Shown here piece after piece: positions 14,254 to 23,967 of a DNA stretch of 48,100 bases. The notes under the pieces were generated by a model, which was not told the origin of the DNA, did no database searches, and saw only the letters and a program-made list of their open reading frames with translations. Positions within the stretch are counted from its first letter, which is position 1. Each line of letters opens with the position of its first letter. Origin of the DNA: a virus. A program made the translations under genes and the position numbers. The stretch lies in the IMG/VR virus record IMGVR_UViG_3300031133_000003, positions 1-48,100 of that record; one strand, written 5' to 3'.

Positions 14254-15851
14254 TGGAACAGTGGCTGAAGGACGCCTACCAACAACTTGAGAGGATGCCC
14301 CAGGCCGCTAAGGATGCCAGGGAGCTGGTTCTTAATGACCTGTACACATTTGCCAGACTAGTTAACCCCGGATATGTGTACGGGGAAGTGCATAGAGAGT
14401 TCTATAAGTGGATTCAGGAATACAATCTCTATGGAATGAAGGAAGAACTGTCTAGTAACAAACTTATTATGCTTCCTCGTGCTCACTTGAAGAGTCACAT
14501 GGTTGCTACCTGGTGCGCATGGATGATTGCTCGCCATCCAGAGATTACCATTTTCTATGTATCTGCAACCGCTGAACTTGCTTTGATTCAGCTTAACGCG
14601 ATTAAGAACATCCTGGAGAGTAGCGTATTCCAGCGTTACTTCCCCGAATACATCCATCCACAGGAAGGAAAACGTGAGAAGTGGTCAGAGGCTAAGATTC
14701 ACATTGACCACCCTAAGCGCAAGCAGGAAGGTGTACGTGATGCTACAATCGCTACGGCAGGCTTGACAACGAACACCACAGGCTGGCACGCTGATGTAAT
14801 TGTGTCAGATGACTTAGTAGTTCCTGAAAACGCGTACACAGACAGAGGTCGTGATGAGGTTAGCAAGAAAGCCTCTCAGTTTACCTCTATTCGAAATGCC
14901 GGTGGATTCACCTTAGCTTGCGGAACACGTTATCACCCAAATGACATCTACGCTACCTGGAAGAAACAGACATACGAGCTGTACGATGCAGATGGTGCGT
15001 TGATGGACCACAAACCTGTGTGGGACATTCGTGAATATGCCGTAGAAGTCGATGGGCGCTTTACGTGGCCCAGAACTGTACGTGGTGATGGTAAAGCATT
15101 CGGATTTGATTTGGGCGTCTTAGCACGCATTAGAGCTGAGTATATTGACAAGGTACAATTCCATGCACAGTATTACAATGACCCGAATGACCCAGGCTCT
15201 GCGAGGATTTCTCAAGACCGCTTCCAGTATTTTGACCCCAAACACCTGTCATTCGATGGACAGTGGTATTATAAAGACAGACGACTTAACGTGTACGCTG
15301 CTGTGGACTTCGCATTCAGCCTTTCCAAATCAGCTGACTTCACCTCCATCGTTGTCATTGGGATTGATTCTGATTCAAACATTTACGTGCTCGACATTGA
15401 CAGATTTAAAACTGACAGAACTCTTGAATACTTCAAGCACATTGCAGCACTCCATTCCAGATGGCACTTCAGGAAGCTCCGAGCAGAAGTTACAGTCGCC
15501 CAGCAAATCATTGTAAACGACATCAAGGAATACATCAAGAAAGAAGGCATGACTGTCTCAGTTGATGAATATCGCCCTAGCCGTCACGAAGGTTCCAAGG
15601 AAGAGCGTATTGCAGCCGCATTAGAGCCCCGCTATGAGAATTTGCAGATGTGGCACTACGAAGGCGGATACACGATGGTTCTTGAAGAAGAGCTCATGCA
15701 AGCCCGTCCAGCTCATGATGATGTCAAGGATAGTTTAGCCTCTGCTGTAGCAATAGCTGTAAAACCGTCTCAGAAGCGTTCTGGCGAGTTTTTCCAACAG
15801 AAACGTAGATTACCCACCCATAGCAGGTTCGGAGGCATAGCGAGCCGCTGA
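14253..15851 (+). CDS. terminase large subunit
   Basis: Walker-A-like LPRAHLKSH, Walker B VIVSDDLV and nuclease-domain AAVDFAFS. Size and position fit. Confidence 0.9.
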   Translation: MEQWLKDAYQQLERMPQAAKDARELVLNDLYTFARLVNPGYVYGEVHREFYKWIQEYNLYGMKEELSSNKLIMLPRAHLKSHMVATWCAWMIARHPEITIFYVSATAELALIQLNAIKNILESSVFQRYFPEYIHPQEGKREKWSEAKIHIDHPKRKQEGVRDATIATAGLTTNTTGWHADVIVSDDLVVPENAYTDRGRDEVSKKASQFTSIRNAGGFTLACGTRYHPNDIYATWKKQTYELYDADGALMDHKPVWDIREYAVEVDGRFTWPRTVRGDGKAFGFDLGVLARIRAEYIDKVQFHAQYYNDPNDPGSARISQDRFQYFDPKHLSFDGQWYYKDRRLNVYAAVDFAFSLSKSADFTSIVVIGIDSDSNIYVLDIDRFKTDRTLEYFKHIAALHSRWHFRKLRAEVTVAQQIIVNDIKEYIKKEGMTVSVDEYRPSRHEGSKEERIAAALEPRYENLQMWHYEGGYTMVLEEELMQARPAHDDVKDSLASAVAIAVKPSQKRSGEFFQQKRRLPTHSRFGGIASR

Positions 15852-15867
15852 TTAAGGATTTTAATAC

Positions 15868-17643
15868 ATGGCAAACAAAGTAGCCTCAATTACGAATATC
15901 TTCCGTCCTGATAATGAATCCGCTTGGATTGTGAATCTATGGGACACATTCAATATGCAACGCCGTGGTAAAATTGATGAGTGGAAGGAACTCCGCAATT
16001 ATATCTTTGCCACTGACACCTCTACTACTAGTAATCAGGCATTGCCCTGGAAGAACTCTACAACCATTCCTAAGCTGTGTCAGATTCGAGATAACCTACA
16101 TTCCAACTACATCTCAGCATTGTTCCCTAATGACTCCTGGATGCGTTGGGAGGCTTCTGACCAGGACAGTGCAACTAAAGCTAAGGCTGACGCCATTCAG
16201 GCCTATCTGGATAACAAAACCCGTATGGGACATTTTCAGACAGAGATGAGCAAGTTGCTGTATGACTACATCGACTATGGCAATGCCATTGCTACAGTGA
16301 CGTATGAAGCAAACAGCCATGAGCTTAATGGTGATTTGATTCCTGAATATGTAGGGCCCCGCGTGTACCGAGTAAGCCCTATGGACATTGTGTTCAATCC
16401 CTTGGCCTCTTCTTTCGAAGAAAGCTTTAAGATTGTACGCTCTGTTCGTACCCTTGGGGACTTGGCCAAACTTGCTAAGAGTTCACCTGACCAGCAATAC
16501 TGGATGAAGGTGCTCGAAGACCGCCAGAAATATCGTGGGATTATGGGCGGGTACAGCGTGGAAGATTTCGATAAATACGAAGGATTCCAGGTTGACGGGT
16601 TTGGCAATATGTATGATTATTACATGTCAGACTATGTGGAAGTGTTAGAGTTTTATGGTGACTACTTCGATGTAAACACCATGACGCTCAAAGAGAACAT
16701 ACACATGGTTGTTGTAGACCGTCGTTGCATTCTGATGGATGAGCCTATTCCAAATTGGTTCGGCACTTCCCCATTCTTCCATGTAGGCTGGCGCTTCCGC
16801 ACAGACAATCTCTGGGCAATGGGTCCTCTTGACAACCTCGTAGGTATGCAGTATCGTATTGACCACCTGGAAAACCTCAAAGCAGATGCTATGGACCTGG
16901 CTGTTCATCCTATGCTGGTTATCCAAGGAGATGTGGAAGATTTCGACTACGAGCCTGGTGGACGCATCTATGTTGATGATGTGGGACAATCTGCTGTAAC
17001 AGAGCTGGGTAAAAACCTGAATGGTGTTGTATCTGCTAACAATGAGATTTCAATGCTTGAGCAGCGAATGGAGATGTATGCAGGTGCTCCCCGTGAAGCT
17101 ATGGGAATTCGCTCACCAGGTGAGAAGACAGCGTTTGAAGTGCAGCAGCTCCAGAATGCTGGTGGTCGCATCTTCCAGGAGAAGATTACGAACTTTGAGA
17201 TTGAGCTGGTAGAACCTGTCTTAAACTCAATGCTTGAAACTTCTCGCCGTAACATGGATGGTATGGATGTTATTCGCGTGTTCAACGAAGAGCTTGGGGC
17301 TCAGCTGTTCCAGGAGATTACCAAGCAAGACATCACAGCCAATGGTCGCATTCGTCCTGTAGGAGCTCGCCACTTCGCTAAACAAGCGCAGGACTTGCAA
17401 AACCTGATGGGAGTATTTGCAAATCCACAGGTGGTTCAGATGATTGCTCCACATACTTCCGCAATTAACCTGACAGGTTTCATTGAGGACGTAACAGGCC
17501 TTAAAGCTTATAACATCTTCCAGCCTAACGTGGCGGTGAGTGAACAGCAGGAAACAGCTCGTCAAACCAATCAGGCTCAGGAAGACTTGCAGGTTGAACA
17601 GAGCGTAGGTGCTATGGGTGTTCCCACAGGAGAGCAACAGTGA
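15868..17643 (+). CDS. portal protein
   Basis: 591 aa, directly after the terminase and before scaffold/capsid. Confidence 0.8.
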   Translation: MANKVASITNIFRPDNESAWIVNLWDTFNMQRRGKIDEWKELRNYIFATDTSTTSNQALPWKNSTTIPKLCQIRDNLHSNYISALFPNDSWMRWEASDQDSATKAKADAIQAYLDNKTRMGHFQTEMSKLLYDYIDYGNAIATVTYEANSHELNGDLIPEYVGPRVYRVSPMDIVFNPLASSFEESFKIVRSVRTLGDLAKLAKSSPDQQYWMKVLEDRQKYRGIMGGYSVEDFDKYEGFQVDGFGNMYDYYMSDYVEVLEFYGDYFDVNTMTLKENIHMVVVDRRCILMDEPIPNWFGTSPFFHVGWRFRTDNLWAMGPLDNLVGMQYRIDHLENLKADAMDLAVHPMLVIQGDVEDFDYEPGGRIYVDDVGQSAVTELGKNLNGVVSANNEISMLEQRMEMYAGAPREAMGIRSPGEKTAFEVQQLQNAGGRIFQEKITNFEIELVEPVLNSMLETSRRNMDGMDVIRVFNEELGAQLFQEITKQDITANGRIRPVGARHFAKQAQDLQNLMGVFANPQVVQMIAPHTSAINLTGFIEDVTGLKAYNIFQPNVAVSEQQETARQTNQAQEDLQVEQSVGAMGVPTGEQQ

Positions 17644-17903
17644 ATACAGCTTGGACTAAGGGGCTCCGTAAGGGGTCCGACCAACTAAAGGACCTGGAGG
17701 CGGCTTATGCCGCTTCTGGCCTAATTCGTGCTAGACTTGTTAAAGTTTTAGAAGAATTGTACGATATTGAAACAAAAGCACGCCTGAAAGCAGATGATTA
17801 TGATAACGCAGCGTGGGCATACAAGCAAGCTGACGCTATTGGTTACGCTAGAGCAATAGCCAAAGTAATCAGTCTCTTAGCAGATGATAAGAAAAATAGT
17901 TAA
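17640..17903 (+). CDS. hypothetical protein (87 aa)
   Basis: GTG start overlapping the portal stop (GTGA). Confidence 0.5.
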   Translation: MNTAWTKGLRKGSDQLKDLEAAYAASGLIRARLVKVLEELYDIETKARLKADDYDNAAWAYKQADAIGYARAIAKVISLLADDKKNS

Positions 17904-17921
17904 AAATAGTTTAAGAAAAAG

Positions 17922-17962
17922 CGTTACTTTTTTCCAAAAACCGGCTCCTATATAATTATAGG
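17922..17962 (+). promoter_or_regulatory. 41-nt element, copy B; candidate strong late promoter for the scaffold/capsid genes (contains a perfect TATAAT)
   Basis: cgttacttttttccaaaaaccggctcctatataattatagg in the AT-rich gap upstream of the scaffold gene. An intrinsic terminator follows the capsid block. Confidence 0.4.
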
Positions 17963-18034
17963 GGTAATTATTATTAAGTTATTCTATCCTTCTTCTTATA
18001 CCCTTAAGAAGATAATAACAGGAAATATTCGAAT

Positions 18035-18778
18035 ATGTCAAGTGATTCTTTATTCTCTCAGGAACAAGTTACCCAACCTGCTTCTGAACACAGTTCTATT
18101 GATACAGTAGCTACCAAGCTATTTAATATCAAGAACGAAAAAGGTGAACCTAAGTATGATTCCCTCGAAAAAGCTATTGGTGCGTTAGAAGCGTCACAAG
18201 CGTTCATTCCTCAACTTAAAGATGAAAACGAACGGTTGAAGGCACAGCTTGCTGCGTTACAGTCTGATGCGTCAAAGCGTGAAACTGTCGAGGAAGTTAT
18301 TGCTAGATTCACCGCTAATCGTCAAACACCGGAACCTGCACCCACCAGTGAGGCCCCTAAAGGTTTGGACGAAGCAACTGTAGAAGAGATTCTACAGCGT
18401 ACTCTCACTCAGCGTGAGAAACAAACTGTTGCAGCACAGAACGTCAGTTTAGTGCGTAACGCGTTAGTCTCTAAATTTGGAGACAAAGCGCAGGAAGCAG
18501 TGAGTGCTAAAGCTAAAGAGCTTGGTATGTCAATGGAGCTGGTAGACCAACTAGCCGCGTCATCCCCTCAAGCTGTCCTCACATGGTTCCAAGCTTCTCC
18601 AGCTCCTTCTGGTGCCCCGGTACGGTCCACGGTGAATCTTCCCGAACATCAAGCACAGCCAGGTATTAAACAGCCTAGCGTGTCAATGGTTCGAGGTGGT
18701 GCTAGCCAAAAGGATATTATCGAGTATATGGCCCAGATTCGTAACGAAGTCTATCGTCGAAATGATATTACCGAATAA
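18035..18778 (+). CDS. scaffolding protein
   Basis: Lies between portal and capsid. Acidic, coiled-coil-like (ENERLKAQLAALQSD). Confidence 0.6.
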   Translation: MSSDSLFSQEQVTQPASEHSSIDTVATKLFNIKNEKGEPKYDSLEKAIGALEASQAFIPQLKDENERLKAQLAALQSDASKRETVEEVIARFTANRQTPEPAPTSEAPKGLDEATVEEILQRTLTQREKQTVAAQNVSLVRNALVSKFGDKAQEAVSAKAKELGMSMELVDQLAASSPQAVLTWFQASPAPSGAPVRSTVNLPEHQAQPGIKQPSVSMVRGGASQKDIIEYMAQIRNEVYRRNDITE

Positions 18779-18787
18779 GGATTTTAA

Positions 18788-19729
18788 ATGGCTCAGTTAA
18801 CCACTAACACCTCTGCCTTTATTGAGGCGGAACAGTATTCTCAGTTCATTCTGATGAATCTCCACGACGGTTTGCTCGGTGAGCAGTTCTGGCGTAACGT
18901 ATCAGACTTTGGCTCTGGTACTACTCTTCATATCAAAACCATCGGCTCTGTAACCGTTCAGGATGCAGCAGAAGATGTTCCCCTGATTTACAATCCAATC
19001 GAATCAGGCCAAGTAACTCTGACCATCACTCAGTACAAAGGTGATGCATGGTATGTTACTGATGACCTGAAAGAAGATGGTTCTCAGATTGATGCTCTGA
19101 TGTCTGCTCGTGCTATCGAAGGCACTCGTGCTATTCAGGAAGTTTTTGAAACCACTTTCCTGGCTACCGCTAACGCAGCTCAGACTAATGCCAACCCGAA
19201 CACCATCAACGGATTTGCTCATCGTATCGCTTCTACTGAAACCAACGGTGTATTCAGCTTGTCTCAGCTGATTGCTATGCGCCTGGCTTTCGATAAGGCT
19301 AACGTTCCAGCAGAAGGTCGTGTGTTCATCGTTGACCCTGTTGTTGAAGCTACCCTGAATGGCCTTGTAACCATCACCCACGATGTTACCCCATTCGGTG
19401 AGCGCATCCTCCGTGATGGCCTGGCATCTGGTCAGCGCTTTGTTATGCAGTTGTTTGGCTTCGACCTCATCACCTCCAACCGCTTGCCTCGTGGCACCTT
19501 CTCTGATGGCACCACGTCAATCACCAACGCCGTAGCCAACATTGCTATGTGTGTTCTGGATGACCAGACTAAGCCAATCATGGTTGCATGGCGTCGTATG
19601 CCTAAGACAGAGGGTGAGCGTAACAAGGACCGTCGTCGTAACGAGTTCGTTACCACCTGCCGCTATGGCATGGGTGCTCAGCGTCTTGACACTCTGGGTG
19701 TCATCATCACCTCTGCTGTCAACTACTAA
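18788..19729 (+). CDS. major capsid protein
   Basis: 313 aa, strong codon bias, AAGGA SD, position after the scaffold gene. Confidence 0.85.
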   Translation: MAQLTTNTSAFIEAEQYSQFILMNLHDGLLGEQFWRNVSDFGSGTTLHIKTIGSVTVQDAAEDVPLIYNPIESGQVTLTITQYKGDAWYVTDDLKEDGSQIDALMSARAIEGTRAIQEVFETTFLATANAAQTNANPNTINGFAHRIASTETNGVFSLSQLIAMRLAFDKANVPAEGRVFIVDPVVEATLNGLVTITHDVTPFGERILRDGLASGQRFVMQLFGFDLITSNRLPRGTFSDGTTSITNAVANIAMCVLDDQTKPIMVAWRRMPKTEGERNKDRRRNEFVTTCRYGMGAQRLDTLGVIITSAVNY

Positions 19730-19740
19730 GGAATACTATC

Positions 19741-20103
19741 ATGCCATATGAAAACAGCGCCGGTTTAGGCGTTAACAACTTCTACGGTCCTCGTACTGCC
19801 GTAGGTGCTCGTGGCCCAGACGTTAGCTCAGGTGTTCTGAACGAATACGTTTGGTTCTACGACACAGCTACTACCAACCTGGGTGGTGCATTCCTGATTC
19901 CAGCTGGTTCAGCTGTAGTTGATGTGAATGCTCCGTCTAACGTTACAGCAGTGACGATTGGTGGTACGGCTGTTCAGGGTGCAACATGGGCTGCTCCAGT
20001 GACAGTTACCACTGGCGGCGCTCCTGTAGTGACAGGCGCAACAGCAGGTCAGCGTATTGTCATCACCTACCAGAAGGTTGTAGGCAACATCACAGTAGCA
20101 TAA
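19741..20103 (+). CDS. capsid-associated protein (120 aa; decoration or minor head protein?)
   Basis: Directly after the capsid gene and before the terminator. Gly/Ala/Thr/Val-rich, beta-like sequence. Confidence 0.5.
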   Translation: MPYENSAGLGVNNFYGPRTAVGARGPDVSSGVLNEYVWFYDTATTNLGGAFLIPAGSAVVDVNAPSNVTAVTIGGTAVQGATWAAPVTVTTGGAPVVTGATAGQRIVITYQKVVGNITVA

Positions 20104-20110
20104 TCAAACT

Positions 20111-20168
20111 AAGGCCGCCCCACTAACTGTCAATATGAGATGGTCGGTCGGGTGGCCTTTTTTGTTTC
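20111..20168 (+). terminator. rho-independent terminator
   Basis: AAGGCCGCCC...GGGTGGCCTT forms a 10-bp stem with one G-U pair and an inner substem, followed by TTTTTTGTTT. Confidence 0.65.
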
Positions 20169-20180
20169 TGGAGGATACAA

Positions 20181-20966
20181 ATGGCCCGTATGACCCTGTT
20201 GGAGATTACGCAAGATATTTTAAATGACCTTGACTCTGACAACGTAAACTCCATCGACGATACTGTTGAGAGTCAGCAAGTAGCCCAGATTGTCAAGAGT
20301 ACCTACTTCGCTTTAATGCACATCCGCAATTGGAAAGGTAATCGCCAACTCCTGAACTTGATTGCATCTGGCGATGACTCTCTACCCACGCATGTAACTC
20401 TTCCCGAAAACCTATCTGAACTTTCATTCGTTAACTACGACAGTCATAGGGTGAACCAGGACAGGAAGATTTATACACCAATTCGTTATTTATATCCAGA
20501 TGAATTCCTGCGTAGACAGAATGGGTTGAATACAGAATCTGATTATGTTGATGTCATCCAGGACCCAACAGGCGTAGAGCTGCTCATTCGTAATGACATT
20601 CCTCCCTCAGTGTGGACTTCATTCGATGACAAAGTGATTATATTTGATTCCTACGATAAACTTGTAGATGATACAATCCAAAGCAGCAAGATTCAAGCTT
20701 TCGGATTTGTCACCCCTTCCTGGGAAATGACAGATACTTTTATTCCTGCTATGCCAGAAGAAGCCTTCACCCTTCTCACAGAAGAAGCCAAAGCTAAGGC
20801 TGCTGTTAAGCTACGTCAGGCCGCTGACCCAAAAGCTGAGCAGGAAGCCACCCGACAAAACAGATGGCTCGCAGGACACCAGTGGAGGGCTCACAAAGGG
20901 TCCCGCACTCCTAATTACGGAAGAAATTCCGGTAAAGGTTCTAAGTACAGATGGAATAAAGATTAA
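20181..20966 (+). CDS. tail tubular protein A / adaptor (T7 gp11-like)
   Basis: The N-terminal pattern LLEITQDILNDLDSDNVNSIDDT..AQIVKSTY....RNW resembles the T7 gp11 N-terminus. Gene order also fits. Confidence 0.55.
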   Translation: MARMTLLEITQDILNDLDSDNVNSIDDTVESQQVAQIVKSTYFALMHIRNWKGNRQLLNLIASGDDSLPTHVTLPENLSELSFVNYDSHRVNQDRKIYTPIRYLYPDEFLRRQNGLNTESDYVDVIQDPTGVELLIRNDIPPSVWTSFDDKVIIFDSYDKLVDDTIQSSKIQAFGFVTPSWEMTDTFIPAMPEEAFTLLTEEAKAKAAVKLRQAADPKAEQEATRQNRWLAGHQWRAHKGSRTPNYGRNSGKGSKYRWNKD

Positions 20967-21154
20967 TGGAATACAAAGGTTATGATTTACGATGGGACGG
21001 CGTGCAGCTGTTAACCATCCACACTATTGGTAAAGGTGCCCTCCCTAAAGCGCTTGGTGGGGCATACACCACCACGGCTTTCGCTAAGAATGCCATTGAT
21101 GCATATCTAGCTTATAAGGGTGTTAAAGATGGCGAGACAACAAGCCGTAGCTGA
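20966..21154 (+). CDS. hypothetical protein (62 aa)
   Basis: TAATG coupling to the upstream gene. Confidence 0.4.
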   Translation: MEYKGYDLRWDGVQLLTIHTIGKGALPKALGGAYTTTAFAKNAIDAYLAYKGVKDGETTSRS

Positions 21155-23438
21155 AATTAATGCGTTTGTTAAGGGGTTGATTACAGAAGCCAGCCCCCTG
21201 ACATTCCCTGATAACGCGTCAATAGATGAACTAAATTTAATTCCACAAAGGGATGGAAGTCGTAAAAGACGATTAGGGATGGATTTAGAGGCGGGTGCTC
21301 TTTCCTTGGAGAGTAATCAAGCGGTATCGTCTCAAGTTACTTTCTCCTCTTTCTCCTGGAAAGGCCCCGGTGGGTTTACAGAAAAAGAAATAGCAGTTGT
21401 ACAGACTGGCAACAGATTGTGTTTCCTGGACGCCTCTTCTCTTCCACTGAGCGGCTCCCTCCTGTATTTTTATGATTTACAAGCTTCGTCTGATGCCAAG
21501 GTGTCAATTACGAGTGTAGACGGAATTTTGATAGTTGTATCTGGTGATGGAGAGGTTATAACATATGATTATGATGGAAACACAGTTATTCCGGGCTCAG
21601 GAAGATTGCTAATAAGGGATTTGTTTGGGGTTGAAGATATTGTTAATGGTGTTAATCTATTAGAAGGGAACAACATTACAGTCAGGCCTTCAGTACAGAC
21701 TAACTCGCACATTTACAATCTGAGAAACCAGACTTTTGCCTATCCAAGGTTTAGGGGCACAGGAGATAATGCCGAGACCCCATACGACCCAATACTGAAC
21801 TTCTTCTCTATTTCAGGCGGAAAATTTCCATCTAACTCGGATAGCGTAATCCCTAACCTGTACGCTAATGCTAACGATGCGGATGACAGAAACACAAAAA
21901 GGTTCTTTGCAGAAGACGCGATTAACAACCCATTAGGCACAAATAGAGCTCCCGTTGGATATTTTATCATTGACGCCTTAAACAGAGGGGCCTCCAGGCT
22001 ACAAGAGGTGCAAGCTCTATACGCCAGGAACCCCCCTCTTGCGTTTCCAATCAACACGCTCCCAGTAGATAGAGCTCAAGGTGGTGCTACGGTGGTTGCC
22101 ACTTTCGCCGGTAGAGTTTTTTATGCGGGATTTTCCTCCCAGGTGGTGGGTGGAGATAGCCAGTCTCCAAGGATGACCTCCTACGTACTTTTTAGCAGGC
22201 TAGTGCAAAGTTCGTCAGATGTATTTAAATGTTATCAAGAGGGGGACCCTACCTCCTCTGAGACACCAGACCTTGTGGACACGGACGGGGGATTCTTACG
22301 CCTAGACGGAGCTTATAATATAAATAAGCTCGTTAACGTAGGGGACTCACTGATGGCTGTCGCGGAGAATGGGGTTTGGAAGATAACAGGGGGAAGCGGG
22401 TACGGGTTTAAAGCTACTGATTATGTAGTTACTAAAGTCACCGAGCACGGAACAGTGGCCCCTAGTTCAGTAGTTTTACTGGACAACACGTTGATGTACT
22501 GGAGTGATGATGGTATTTATCATGTTAACCAGAACCAATATGGAGATTGGGTAGCCTCAAACTTAACAACATCAAGTATTCAAAAGTACTATGATGCAAT
22601 TCCTTCTACGGTAAAATCAAAGTGCTTTGGTGCATACGACTCCTATACAAGAAAGGTAAGATGGTTATATAATAACTACTACCAGGCTCCAGATTCTCCT
22701 ACAGAATTGATTTTAGATGTTGGCTTAGGCGCTTTTTACCCAGCTAAAATCAATAAAACTTCAAATGAATATCCTTTGATTGTTTCTTCTGTAAGAGTTC
22801 CTCCTTACAAGATTAGCACTGGAAGTGTAGAGGTAGTTACTAATTTAGGGGATGATGTAGTAGCTAATAGTGGGGACAACATTTCTGTTAGAGAGGTGGT
22901 ATCTGATTCTTCATTATCAGAGTTGTACTATCTAACCATTATAGGGGAAGATTCCGGTAAATTTAGATTTAGTTTCTCATACTACAGGGATAATAGATTC
23001 CTTGACTGGTACTCTGTTAATAGTGTAGGTGTGGATGCCGCTGCCTATTTAGTGACAGGGTGGACAGGAATGGGAGATTTCCAAAGGATGAAACAGATGC
23101 AGTATTTAACAGTGTACAGCGTTAAAACTGAAACTGGATTTGATGCAAATTATAATCCAATTAATGAAGCCTCCATCTTGGCCCAAAGTCAATGGAACTG
23201 GACAAATAGCGGAGAATCTGGCAAGTGGGGCCCTACCTTCCAAGCATACCGGCATAAGAGGCTGTGGATTCCTTCTAGCGTAATCTCCGGTTTTGACGAT
23301 GGTGAATATGTAGTTACCACCAAGAATAAGCTTAGGGGGAGAGGCAGGGTGCTTAGTTTAAGATTTAGCACCGAGCCAGGTAAAGATTTCCATCTCTTAG
23401 GATGGAGTTATCTAGGTGGGATAAATGGAACAGTCTGA
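21129..23438 (+). CDS. tail tubular protein B / nozzle (T7 gp12-like size and position)
   Basis: About 769 aa. ATG at 21129 preceded by AAGGGTG; the track start is GTG at 21120. Confidence 0.6.
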   Translation: MARQQAVAEINAFVKGLITEASPLTFPDNASIDELNLIPQRDGSRKRRLGMDLEAGALSLESNQAVSSQVTFSSFSWKGPGGFTEKEIAVVQTGNRLCFLDASSLPLSGSLLYFYDLQASSDAKVSITSVDGILIVVSGDGEVITYDYDGNTVIPGSGRLLIRDLFGVEDIVNGVNLLEGNNITVRPSVQTNSHIYNLRNQTFAYPRFRGTGDNAETPYDPILNFFSISGGKFPSNSDSVIPNLYANANDADDRNTKRFFAEDAINNPLGTNRAPVGYFIIDALNRGASRLQEVQALYARNPPLAFPINTLPVDRAQGGATVVATFAGRVFYAGFSSQVVGGDSQSPRMTSYVLFSRLVQSSSDVFKCYQEGDPTSSETPDLVDTDGGFLRLDGAYNINKLVNVGDSLMAVAENGVWKITGGSGYGFKATDYVVTKVTEHGTVAPSSVVLLDNTLMYWSDDGIYHVNQNQYGDWVASNLTTSSIQKYYDAIPSTVKSKCFGAYDSYTRKVRWLYNNYYQAPDSPTELILDVGLGAFYPAKINKTSNEYPLIVSSVRVPPYKISTGSVEVVTNLGDDVVANSGDNISVREVVSDSSLSELYYLTIIGEDSGKFRFSFSYYRDNRFLDWYSVNSVGVDAAAYLVTGWTGMGDFQRMKQMQYLTVYSVKTETGFDANYNPINEASILAQSQWNWTNSGESGKWGPTFQAYRHKRLWIPSSVISGFDDGEYVVTTKNKLRGRGRVLSLRFSTEPGKDFHLLGWSYLGGINGTV

Positions 23439-23967
23439 CATCTACTGGAAGCAGGAGATAACGCATCAGTGCTCACTATTCACCTCCCAGATTGAATGGG
23501 TGGGAGATTTAGTCTACCTGCACTGTACTGTCCACAGGAACACGCCCAACGCCATTAGAGAGGTGAAGAAGGAGCTTCACCATCTATTAAACAGGTTCTA
23601 TAAAGAAGGCAAAGAGGAAGTTTATGCCTATCTTATCAAAGGAAGATTCGCTGCCATGCTCGGAGGGGAATACCTGACAAGCTTTGTTAGCGAAGGTATT
23701 CAATACGAGGTTTATAGATATGCCACAAGCAGCAGTGTTAGCGGTTGTAGCGATTGCAGCCGCAGCAAGTACATACAGCGCTGTGCAGCAGAACCGAGCC
23801 CAAAAGAGGGCTGCTGGGGCACAGAAAGATGCAGCAGATACATCGGCAGCTCAGCAGAAGAATCAGGAGATGCAGGCTCGGAGGGAGCAGATTCGAAGGC
23901 AGCGAATAACAGCGGCACAGATTCAGCAAGGAGCAAGCAATCAAGGAGCCTCGATGAGTTCTGGTGA
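23425..23967 (+). CDS. hypothetical protein; only the first ~100 codons look protein-like
   Basis: The ORF overlaps the next gene by 248 nt in another frame. Confidence 0.45.
   Translation: MEQSDIYWKQEITHQCSLFTSQIEWVGDLVYLHCTVHRNTPNAIREVKKELHHLLNRFYKEGKEEVYAYLIKGRFAAMLGGEYLTSFVSEGIQYEVYRYATSSSVSGCSDCSRSKYIQRCAAEPSPKEGCWGTERCSRYIGSSAEESGDAGSEGADSKAANNSGTDSARSKQSRSLDEFW

Noticed and set aside
17892-17911. Perfect tandem duplication AAAAATAGTT x2 spanning the stop codon of 17640..17903
   Set aside because: It is too short, and AT-rich slippage is the simplest explanation. I cannot tie it to any function.
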